The position numbers were made by a program, and so were the translations under genes. The notes under the pieces are model-generated. The model worked only from the letters and a program-made list of their open reading frames with translations, was not told the origin of the DNA and ran no database searches. Of a stretch of DNA of 64,000 bases, positions 56,992 to 64,000 are shown piece after piece; position 1 is the first letter of the stretch; every line of letters begins with the position of its first letter. The stretch covers positions 28,426-92,425 of the forward strand of contig CAVOIK010000033.1 in assembly GCA_963695895.1 (NCBI GenBank), in the 5' to 3' direction. This stretch comes from an uncultured delta proteobacterium. Lineage in GTDB: Bacteria; Desulfobacterota; BSN033; UBA1163.

Positions 56992-57119
56992 CCGGCAAGT
57001 GCCCCGTAAGCCCCGCCCTTGAGGGCAGGGTCCCTGCCTGCCGGCAGGCAGGAAGGGGCACAATATAAAAGGAAAGTACCCTACCGGGAAGCGACGCCCT
57101 TTAGGGCGTGGAGCTTCAC
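56989..57119 (+). repeat. two-hairpin intergenic repeat, subtype B, copy B17
   Basis: The kinase stop TGA (56989..56991) is the first three bases of TGACCGGCAAGTGCCCCgtaagCCCCGCCCttgaGGGCaGGGtCCCTGCCTGCCGGCAGGCAGGaaGGGGCACAATATAAAAGGAAAGTACCCTACCGGGAAGCGACGCCCtttaGGGCGTGGAGCTTCAC. The next gene starts 10 nt later. Confidence 0.95.
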
Positions 57120-57129
57120 ATAAAGAACT

Positions 57130-58521
57130 ATGGTGACGCCGTCTATCTTAGTCGTTGATGATGAACCCAATTCCCTTTTTGGGCTCTGTCAGATCTTGAC
57201 CGATGAAGGGTACAAGACCCTTCCAGCCAAGAACGGAATGGAGGCGCTAGAAAAGCTGAAGACAGAGACGGCCGACGTCATCATTACCGATGAAAAGATG
57301 CCGGATCTCAGCGGCATGGAGCTTTTGGCGGAAGTCAAAAAGCTTGAACGACCCATTCCCGTGATTCTCATCACGGCGTACGGGTCTGTATCGATGGCTG
57401 TCGAAGCGCTGAAGCAAGGGGCCTATTATTTCTTTGAAAAGCCTGTCTTCGACAAGATCGAGCGATTCCTGGCAATCATCCACCAGATTCTCAGGGCCCA
57501 GGAGATGGAGAGAGAACTTCACCATCTCAGGAAGGAAGTCAGTGATAAATACTCTTTCCCCAACATCATCGGAAATCACCCAACGATGGCCGAAGTTTTT
57601 GGGATCGTTGGAAGGGTGGCTCAGACAGACAAAACAGTGCTGATCCAAGGCGAGAGCGGAACAGGCAAGGATCTCATCGCAAAAACCATCCATTACAATA
57701 GCTTGAGGAAGGACAAGCCTCTGGTTACAGTCAATTGCGGGGCTCTCACGGAGTCCCTGCTGACCACGGAGCTCTTCGGCCATACCAAAGGGGCTTTCAC
57801 TGGGGCAGTGAAGGACAGTGTCGGCCGGTTCCAGATGGCCGATGGAGGAACGTTGGTTCTGGACGAAATCGCAGAGGTTCCTCTTCATCTTCAGAAAACC
57901 CTTTTGCGGATCATCGAAGAAAAGGAATTCGAACGAGTCGGTGACAGCCGGTCCATCAAGTTGGATGTGAGAATTATCTCCTCGACAAATCGCAATCTCC
58001 AGCAAGAGGTTCAACAGGGGAACTTTAGGGAAGATCTTTATTACAGGATCAGCATCGTTCCCATTGTGCTTCCCTCTCTCAGAGAGCGAGTGTCAGATAT
58101 CCCACTGCTCGTAAATTACTTTCTCAGAAAATTTCAGGAGGGAGACAAACCGATCAAGATTGACCCTGAGGCGGTCGAGCATCTCAAGAGCCATTCGTGG
58201 CCTGGAAACGTCAGAGAGCTGTCGAATATTATCCAACAGATGATGGTGTTTAGAAAAGGGGGAGAGTCCATCACGGTTCATGATCTTCCTCCACATTTTT
58301 TTTCGATGGAAACGAATCTCGGACAGGAAAAGCAAGGGAGAATTCAGTTGGCAGGATTGGTTGCGGATCTTGAGAGGAAGTGGATTACTCAGAAATTGAA
58401 GGAATGTGGTTGGAACAGAGAAAGAGCGGCTTCACTCTTGGGGATAACGCGAAAGATGCTCACGGATCGGATGAGGAAATACCGGATTCAACTCCCGGGA
58501 AAGAAGACGTTTCATTCTTGA
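57130..58521 (+). CDS. sigma-54-dependent response regulator (NtrC/AtoC family)
   Basis: ILVVDDEPNSLF...ITDEKMPDLSG, GESGTGKDLIAKTIH, GAFTGA, Fis-type HTH. 463 aa. Confidence 0.9.
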   Translation: MVTPSILVVDDEPNSLFGLCQILTDEGYKTLPAKNGMEALEKLKTETADVIITDEKMPDLSGMELLAEVKKLERPIPVILITAYGSVSMAVEALKQGAYYFFEKPVFDKIERFLAIIHQILRAQEMERELHHLRKEVSDKYSFPNIIGNHPTMAEVFGIVGRVAQTDKTVLIQGESGTGKDLIAKTIHYNSLRKDKPLVTVNCGALTESLLTTELFGHTKGAFTGAVKDSVGRFQMADGGTLVLDEIAEVPLHLQKTLLRIIEEKEFERVGDSRSIKLDVRIISSTNRNLQQEVQQGNFREDLYYRISIVPIVLPSLRERVSDIPLLVNYFLRKFQEGDKPIKIDPEAVEHLKSHSWPGNVRELSNIIQQMMVFRKGGESITVHDLPPHFFSMETNLGQEKQGRIQLAGLVADLERKWITQKLKECGWNRERAASLLGITRKMLTDRMRKYRIQLPGKKTFHS

Positions 58522-58551
58522 ACCGGGCCTACGAGCCACGGAAGGAAACCC

Positions 58552-59424
58552 ATGTCTGAAAACTGGATTCTTCTCATCGACCCCTTTAGGAATCTTGTGA
58601 ATGTCTACCGCTTGATTCTGGAAGGCCAGGGATATTTCGTTGAGACAGCGAAGAACCTGAATGAGGCCATCCAGAAGCTGTCTGCACATTCTTACTCCGT
58701 CATCCTGACCGAATACTTCCCTCCTTTTGAGGAAACCTATCTGATGATTCAGAAGGTGAAGCAAACTCATCCTGAGACATCCGTGATGATGATCACGAAT
58801 GCGATTATCGACGAGGCATCCTACGAAAAGCTCTTCGACGCGGGATTGGACGACATCGTGTTTAAGCCTTACTCTCCAGAGAAGATTATCGTTCACCTTA
58901 AGAAAGGTCTGCGCTTAAGAGACCTGATTCTGAGGAAACAGGAGCTGGAAACCCAGGCAACAAAGTCGCCACACGTGACAGTGACTGAACTTCATCTAAG
59001 TCCTTTGGATTTTACGAAATGTCTCCGTCAGGAATTAAAAAGGGCAAAGCGTCATCAACATCCCTTGTCTCTCGTCCTGATTGAGATCCCAGACCCGAGG
59101 AACCTTGCGGATCAGCTCGAAAATCTCTTTCTTGAATTGGCGAAGATTCTTCGGAAACGAATAAGGGAAGAGGACATCATGGGGAGAGATAACGGTCATT
59201 TTGGAATTCTTCTTCCCGAGACAGATGAGCCCGGATCCAAGGCGGTCGTGCAGAGGCTTTCTGATCTCCTTCAAACTCATCCTTCATTTCAATCGGATAA
59301 GATGTTGAGGCCGCTGGTCAAAAAGCTTTCATTCCGATCCTTCTCCTACCCTGAGAAGTTCGTAATTCCCGAATCTCTAAAGGGAATTGTTGAAGAGGTC
59401 AATAGGGAATACTCCCGCCGCTGA
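58552..59424 (+). CDS. atypical receiver (phospho-acceptor Asp replaced by Glu) fused to a degenerate GGDEF domain
   Basis: REC-like: LLIDPFRN...VILTEYFPP...MMITNA...FKPYS. GGDEF-like: RAKRHQHPLSLVLIEI...MGRDNGHFGILLPETD, with DNGHF in place of GGDEF. Confidence 0.6.
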   Translation: MSENWILLIDPFRNLVNVYRLILEGQGYFVETAKNLNEAIQKLSAHSYSVILTEYFPPFEETYLMIQKVKQTHPETSVMMITNAIIDEASYEKLFDAGLDDIVFKPYSPEKIIVHLKKGLRLRDLILRKQELETQATKSPHVTVTELHLSPLDFTKCLRQELKRAKRHQHPLSLVLIEIPDPRNLADQLENLFLELAKILRKRIREEDIMGRDNGHFGILLPETDEPGSKAVVQRLSDLLQTHPSFQSDKMLRPLVKKLSFRSFSYPEKFVIPESLKGIVEEVNREYSRR

Positions 59425-59617
59425 ACTGCCCTTTTTGGTCAATTCTTAAAACCTGATGAAATCTATAAGGTTTTCGTTATAGATGAACCATTTGGTTCAA
59501 TTGATGTGCCAAAAAGTGTTCTTTCCATGGGAAGACGTTTTTAAGTGGTTACTGTGGAAATAGATAAAAGCTATACAATTCAAATAGTTGAATTAGTATA
59601 AAAAGATCTCCGGCCTT

Positions 59618-59633
59618 TGGTATGTGGATTGCA
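59618..59633 (+). promoter_or_regulatory. sigma-54-like promoter (GG-N10-GC, weaker -24 box)
   Basis: TGGTAT-gtgga-TTGCA, 65 nt upstream of the ATG at 59698. Confidence 0.4.
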
Positions 59634-59697
59634 AGCAAGAATTTATGTGAAAAAAAATTCCCTTAAGTGATAAATTATTTTCCTTGGACAATCATCC

Positions 59698-60234
59698 ATG
59701 CCTAAAGAGACAGTTCTTATCCTAGACAGAGAAAGCCACACAAGGTGGGTTCTCAAGGCCTTGCTTGAAAATGAGGAGTACTTGGTGATCGCCCTTGAGA
59801 CGATGGAACGGGCCCTGCAGAACTTTTCTGAATTTGAGGTTTCGGGATTGATCACCGAATATCGAATCGATCAGTCTTCGACGCTTAACATGATTCGAGA
59901 ACTAAAAACGAGGTTCCCGGAAGCCTACGTCATGATGCTTACCGCTGACGAGGTGACTGAGAAAGAGTATGAGGAGATCATCAGTGCTGGAGTAGATGAC
60001 TATTTCGTCAAGCCCTTGCCAAGCTGGAAAATCTTGCCTCATCTTCGAAAAGGGTTGAAACAGCGCAGCTCGGTTCTCCATAAAAAACGACTTGAGCACG
60101 AATTTAGTCGAATGAAGGGAACGGGTGGGGAAAGCGGTCCCCCTCATATCAATGTCGAGGAGAAAGTTGAAGAGGGGGTTGCAGGAAATACGAAAGCAGA
60201 AAGACGTCTGGCAAACAGCAAAGGCATGCCTTAG
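59698..60234 (+). CDS. stand-alone atypical receiver domain protein (Glu at the phospho-acceptor position)
   Basis: VLILDRESH...GLITEYRIDQSS...MMLTAD...VKPLP. Paralogous to the N-domain of the preceding gene. Confidence 0.6.
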   Translation: MPKETVLILDRESHTRWVLKALLENEEYLVIALETMERALQNFSEFEVSGLITEYRIDQSSTLNMIRELKTRFPEAYVMMLTADEVTEKEYEEIISAGVDDYFVKPLPSWKILPHLRKGLKQRSSVLHKKRLEHEFSRMKGTGGESGPPHINVEEKVEEGVAGNTKAERRLANSKGMP

Positions 60235-60328
60235 TTAATTGTAACTCGCTGCTGTTTTGACGAAGACACCTCAGAGGAAGAAAAGATGGAAGCAAAAAAA
60301 TTGAAACCAGAGTCAATCGAAGACGCAG

Positions 60329-61972
60329 ATGGATGCCGCCTCAGCGGTTCCTTCTTCGGCGCAGAAGCAAAGCAAAGGATTCATCCTGTTCTGCCGGGTT
60401 CAGGGAGCCATGCGCCACATTCCTGACTTTCCAGAAACCTGTCGAGCAATTCTTGACGCTGTCATGGAAGAGATGGATGCCGAAAACTGTTCGCTCATGT
60501 TGAAGGATCCTGTCTCTGGAGATTTGTCCATTCGCGGTGCTCGGGGGAAGAACGAAGCAGAAAGCGTTTACTATACTGAAGACTTGTCGAACGGGAAACG
60601 CTTCAAACCAGGTGAAGGAGTGGCGGGGTGGGTCCTTAAAGAAGGTCGGGCGGTCATGGTCAACGATGTCACGGAAGAGCCCCGATTTGTAAATGCTGCA
60701 GGGCTCAGAAACGACGTAAGATCCCTGATCTGTTTCCCCATCCGAGAGAAGGATCAAGTTGTTGGGGTGTTTAACCTGAGTCACTCTAAGGCGGGAGCCT
60801 TTAGGGACAGCGATAAATTAGCTCTCTCGTATATCTCAAATCAGGTAGGAGCGGCCCTCACCTCGGCCCGGTTCTTCATTGAGACCCAGGAGGTGAACCG
60901 CCTGATGAGGGATTCGTTTGAAACCGGTCCCGCCATAAACGTGACAGAAACCCCGGTCACAGAGGGTTCAACATTCATTGAGGTAGGAGAGGTTTCTCCA
61001 GAGAACGGCATCTTTATCTATGCCAGCGACAAGATGCACCGGATTAAGGAGATCATTGACCACGTGGCCAATACGGATGTGACTGTCCTCATCCAGGGAG
61101 AAAGCGGAGTGGGCAAAGAAGTGGTAGCACGCTCCATCCATCGAAATTCATTCCGCAAGGATAGACCGTTCATTAAAGTGAATTGTGCTGCTCTACCGCA
61201 TGAACTGCTTGAGAGTGAGCTCTTTGGATATGAGAAGGGGGCTTTCACTGGGGCTTATCGTCAGAAACCTGGCAAATTCGAGTTGGCGAACGGGGGCACG
61301 ATCTTCTTGGATGAGATTGCAGAGATTAGCCCTTCGCTTCAGGCCAAGCTCCTTCAGGTTTTGCAGGACAGGGAATTCCCACGATTGGGAGGAAAAAAGG
61401 ATATTCGTGTAGATGTTCGGGTCTTGGTGGCAACGAATAAGAACATTGACGAAGCGGTCAGAACCGGTCATTTTCGTGAAGACCTTTATTATCGGCTGAA
61501 CGTGGTGAGTATCACGGTGCCTCCTTTGAGGGAACGTAGACAAGAGATTCCTTTTCTTATAGAATATTTTCTGGACAAGTTCTCAAAGAAGTACAGTAAG
61601 AAAGCCTCCCCCTTGTCGGAACGAATGATGAAACTCCTTCTCCAGCATCGTTGGACTGGTAATGTCCGTGAATTGGAAAACGTATTACAGCGGTACGTTG
61701 TTCTGCGGGACGAAAACGCCATCGTCGAAGAACTTGCCCCTTCCGTCAATAACCATGCTGAGGTCGGTCAAGAGACACCGATCGGAGAGAAGAAAGAATG
61801 GGTTTCTTTGAAAGATGTGCATCGCGAGGCGGTTCTCAGGGCAGAGGCAGAGGTGATTCGGAAGGCTCTGGATAAGACAAACTGGAATCGAAAGAAGGCT
61901 GCTGTTCTGCTGAACATCAGTTACAAGGCTCTCCTCTATAAGATGAAGGCTTGTGGATTGAGTAAGGTCTGA
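60329..61972 (+). CDS. sigma-54-dependent transcriptional activator with N-terminal GAF domain (GAF-AAA+-HTH)
   Basis: GAF-like region (ENCSLMLKD...VAGWVLKEGRAVMVNDV...LICFPI), GESGVGKEVVARSIH, GAFTGA, C-terminal WNRKKAAVLLNISYKALLYKM. The exact start is uncertain (alternative ATG at 60286 in another frame next to an A-run). Confidence 0.85.
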   Translation: MDAASAVPSSAQKQSKGFILFCRVQGAMRHIPDFPETCRAILDAVMEEMDAENCSLMLKDPVSGDLSIRGARGKNEAESVYYTEDLSNGKRFKPGEGVAGWVLKEGRAVMVNDVTEEPRFVNAAGLRNDVRSLICFPIREKDQVVGVFNLSHSKAGAFRDSDKLALSYISNQVGAALTSARFFIETQEVNRLMRDSFETGPAINVTETPVTEGSTFIEVGEVSPENGIFIYASDKMHRIKEIIDHVANTDVTVLIQGESGVGKEVVARSIHRNSFRKDRPFIKVNCAALPHELLESELFGYEKGAFTGAYRQKPGKFELANGGTIFLDEIAEISPSLQAKLLQVLQDREFPRLGGKKDIRVDVRVLVATNKNIDEAVRTGHFREDLYYRLNVVSITVPPLRERRQEIPFLIEYFLDKFSKKYSKKASPLSERMMKLLLQHRWTGNVRELENVLQRYVVLRDENAIVEELAPSVNNHAEVGQETPIGEKKEWVSLKDVHREAVLRAEAEVIRKALDKTNWNRKKAAVLLNISYKALLYKMKACGLSKV

Positions 61973-62271
61973 ATTAGATTCTCTCGCCCGCTTCTCTTTC
62001 TACTCCGCGGAGTACAGGGTTTCGATCTTTTCTTCGTCCGGCCACCTCATCTCCATCTGTTAAGTCTGCATATATATAGGTCCTCATGAATTATTAGGTG
62101 AGACTGACCGCTTGTAGGAACAGCAGTGGAAGAAATTTGCAACTTTTTCCCCAATTTTTTCCTCTTTTTCCCTGACTTGACAGGAAAGGGCATAACCGCT
62201 TATTCAAAGAAAGCTCAGGAATCCATTGTAATTTCAACGGGTTAGTCATATCCTTCAATCTGATATCCCCT

Positions 62272-62287
62272 TGGCACATGAATTGCT
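62272..62287 (+). promoter_or_regulatory. sigma-54 (-24/-12) promoter, exact consensus, 17 nt upstream of an activator ATG
   Basis: TGGCAC-atgaa-TTGCT. The ATG of the PspF-like activator is at 62304. Confidence 0.55.
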
Positions 62288-62303
62288 CCTTTATCAGATT
62301 GTC

Positions 62304-63306
62304 ATGAAGAGAATTTACCAGATTTTCTTCTCCCACAACTCTAAGCTGAGCAGAATCCAGACGGTCGTTGAAGACATTGCGAGGACGGATATTTCTGTTC
62401 TGATCAAGGGTGAAAGCGGCACAGGAAAGGAGCTGGTCGCGCAAGCCATCCATCAGCATTCACTGCGCAAGTCCCAACCGTTCATAAAAGTGAACTGCGC
62501 GGCTATCCCCAAGGGGCTGCTTGAAAGTGAACTCTTCGGGTTTGAAAAGGGAGCTTTTACAGGCGCCCACATGAAAAAGCCAGGAAAGTTCGAATTGGCC
62601 AACGAGGGGACGATATTACTTAACGGAATTGCAGAGATGGACATTTCGGTGCAAGGAAAGCTGCTGCAGGTCCTTCAGGATGGTCAATTTTGCCGTTTAG
62701 GTGGGGGTGGGGCTGTTTCTGTAGACACCCGAATCATTGCGACCACGCAAGACCATCTTGAGCAGGCAGTCAGGGAAGGGCTTTTTCGTGAAGACCTTTT
62801 TTACCGCATCAACACCGTGACGGTTACGATCCCTCCTCTTCGAGACCGGAAAGAACAGATCGTCCCGTTTTCTCAATACTTTTTGAATCTCTATAGGACG
62901 AAGTACGGAAGGGCTGTTCCTTCGCTTTCATTGAGAACCCTCGGTGCCTTCAAGAAGTATCATTGGCCTGGAAACATCCGTGAATTGGAAAACACCATAA
63001 AGCGGATTGTTTTATTGGGGGATGAGGAAGCGGTCGTAGCGGGCCCTGGTTTTGAAAGAAGCGGGAGACGAGAGAGCTGTCGAGATTTCGCAGGAGAGTC
63101 ACCCGGGCATGAATTCTGTAGATCCTGCAGATATCAGACAGGTTGGGAGGAAAGCTGCAGAGACAGCAGAGAAGAGGATCATTCAGAACACGCTGCACGA
63201 AACACGCTGGAATCGGAAGGACGCTGCCAGGCGGTTAGGAGTGAGCTATAAGACGCTGCTGAACAAGATCCAGAAGTACCAGTTAGACAGAGTTCAAGAA
63301 CTGTGA
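62304..63306 (+). CDS. PspF-like sigma-54 activator lacking a sensory domain (AAA+-HTH only), frame broken once
   Basis: MKRIYQIFFSHNSKLSRIQTVVEDIARTDISVLIKGESGTGKE, with Walker A about 40 aa from the start, as in PspF. Also GAFTGA. The C-terminus continues in ORF 63052..63306 (WNRKDAARRLGVSYKTLLNKIQKY). Break near 63041..63047. Confidence 0.75.
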
Positions 63307-63417
63307 CCGGCAGTGTGTCCTGCCCCGCCAGGAAGGGGCACAACAAGAAAAGATAATTCATTTCCGGGAAGCCCCGCCCTGTGCCTGCCTGCGGTAGGCA
63401 GGGGCGAGGAGCTTCAC
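63304..63417 (+). repeat. two-hairpin intergenic repeat, subtype B (degenerate hairpin 1), copy B18
   Basis: The stop TGA (63304..63306) is the first three bases of TGACCGGCAGTGTGTCC...GGGGCACAACAAGAAAAGATAATTCATTTCCGGGAAGCCCCGCCCtgtgCCTGCCTGCGGTAGGCAGGGGCGAGGAGCTTCAC. Confidence 0.85.
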
Positions 63418-63431
63418 AGGGGAGGGTTCAC

Positions 63432-63902
63432 ATGGATAGCCAGGGTGCTCAATTCGGAGAGACGCAAGAGGCAAATCTTAGGCAAATCGTGAGCAAGGAT
63501 CTTTTTCTTTTCCTTCTTGATCATGAAGTGAAACGGGCCCGCCGTTACCAGAATTTCATCAGCATCCTGCTCATGAAGCTTGTCCCTTTTTCTCATGAGA
63601 ACAACGGGAAACATTTTGAGGCCTGTCAGCAGATGCTTTCCACAGTGCTCATGGAAGAGATGCGCGAGACCGATATTCTTGGGTCTTTGGGGGAGAACAA
63701 GTGGGTTGCCCTCCTCCCGTACGCGGATGTGTCAGCAGGAGACCAGGCGAGAATCCGTTTTGAGAATACATTGAAGTACTACGATTTCAAGAATAGGGGG
63801 TTTCAGGTCAGGGTTCAACAATTTTGTTTCCCTCGGAACGGGACCAATACCCCTGATCTCATCAAGAAAGCCTTGGAGACAGCAGCAATCATGGAATCGT
63901 AA
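63432..63902 (+). CDS. stand-alone degenerate GGDEF-like domain protein
   Basis: HEVKRARRYQNFISILLMKL...DILGSLGENKWVALLPYAD follows the GGDEF-domain layout, with GENKW in place of GGDEF. GGGGAGGG RBS upstream of the ATG at 63432. Confidence 0.55.
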   Translation: MDSQGAQFGETQEANLRQIVSKDLFLFLLDHEVKRARRYQNFISILLMKLVPFSHENNGKHFEACQQMLSTVLMEEMRETDILGSLGENKWVALLPYADVSAGDQARIRFENTLKYYDFKNRGFQVRVQQFCFPRNGTNTPDLIKKALETAAIMES

Positions 63903-63969
63903 CAGGGCTGCCATTAACTTTTTAGACCGAGGCAGTAAGATGTTTTAATTAAGAGATGAGGAGAAGCAA

Positions 63970-64000
63970 ATGAATAGGATGAAATGGCTGACCGGTATTG
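63970..64000 (+). CDS. start of an unidentified ORF running off the window
   Basis: ATG at 63970 preceded by GAGGAG. Only MNRMKWLTGI is visible. Confidence 0.3.
   Translation, partial: MNRMKWLTGI

Noticed and set aside
57050-57075. GGGGCAC-aatat-aaaag inside subtype-B repeats as a sigma-54 -24/-12 promoter.
   Set aside because: Only a GGCAC-like -24 half is present. There is no TTGC -12 element at the required spacing in any copy.
59493-59510. Minus-strand TGGCAC-atcaa-TTGAA, a near sigma-54 promoter.
   Set aside because: The -12 GC dinucleotide is replaced by GA. No minus-strand gene lies downstream, because the region is the 3' flank of a plus-strand gene.
437-63417. Could the recurring 110-190-nt repeats be a CRISPR array or CRISPR remnants?
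   Set aside because: The copies are 1-10 kb apart, separated by ordinary genes, occur in both orientations, vary in length and have no spacer-like periodicity. No cas genes are present.
437-63417. The repeats as integron attC sites, or as classical REP/BIME elements.
   Set aside because: The termini (TGACCGGCAAG / GAGCTTCA) do not match the attC core (GTTRRRY / RYYYAAC) or the REP GT[AG]G head. No integrase or RAYT gene is in the window. A mechanistic analogy remains possible but the identity is not supported.

Overview
This is a 64-kb bacterial chromosomal segment, and I cannot assign a taxon from it. It holds about 50 protein genes and one tRNA-Leu(CAG). There is no rRNA, no CRISPR array, no recognisable transposase and no prophage. 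Most genes are housekeeping: dcd, selB, iorAB, guaB, guaA, dnaE, accA, mutL, hflX, trmJ, lepB, ribF, HU and ogg. The window also carries an NfeD/stomatin pair, a nucleotide-sugar modification pair, and a type IV pilus block (pilR-pilS-pilC-pilT-pilB). A dense sigma-54 signalling cluster lies at 55.8-64 kb, with three enhancer-binding proteins, atypical receivers and degenerate GGDEF domains. The main unexplained signal is a two-hairpin intergenic repeat of about 110-190 nt present 18 times, roughly once per 3.6 kb. It has two subtypes whose three helices differ by compensatory changes. Palindromic modules are nested in the hairpin tips. Two copies are long (about 315-335 nt) and carry an extra structured 5' domain. 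Repeat termini coincide with gene boundaries: they supply stop codons, probably contain the guaA start codon, and mark the break of a truncated rtcA. I do not recognise the repeat as any named RNA or repeat family. Separately, many otherwise conserved genes are split by single-nucleotide frame breaks, six of them within the pilus block. This points to indel-prone assembly, real gene decay, or both. Three exact sigma-54 promoter matches sit in front of pilB, a TPR/DUF4388 operon and a PspF-like activator. All coordinates and motifs were read by eye from the sequence and ORF track, and no database search was possible.
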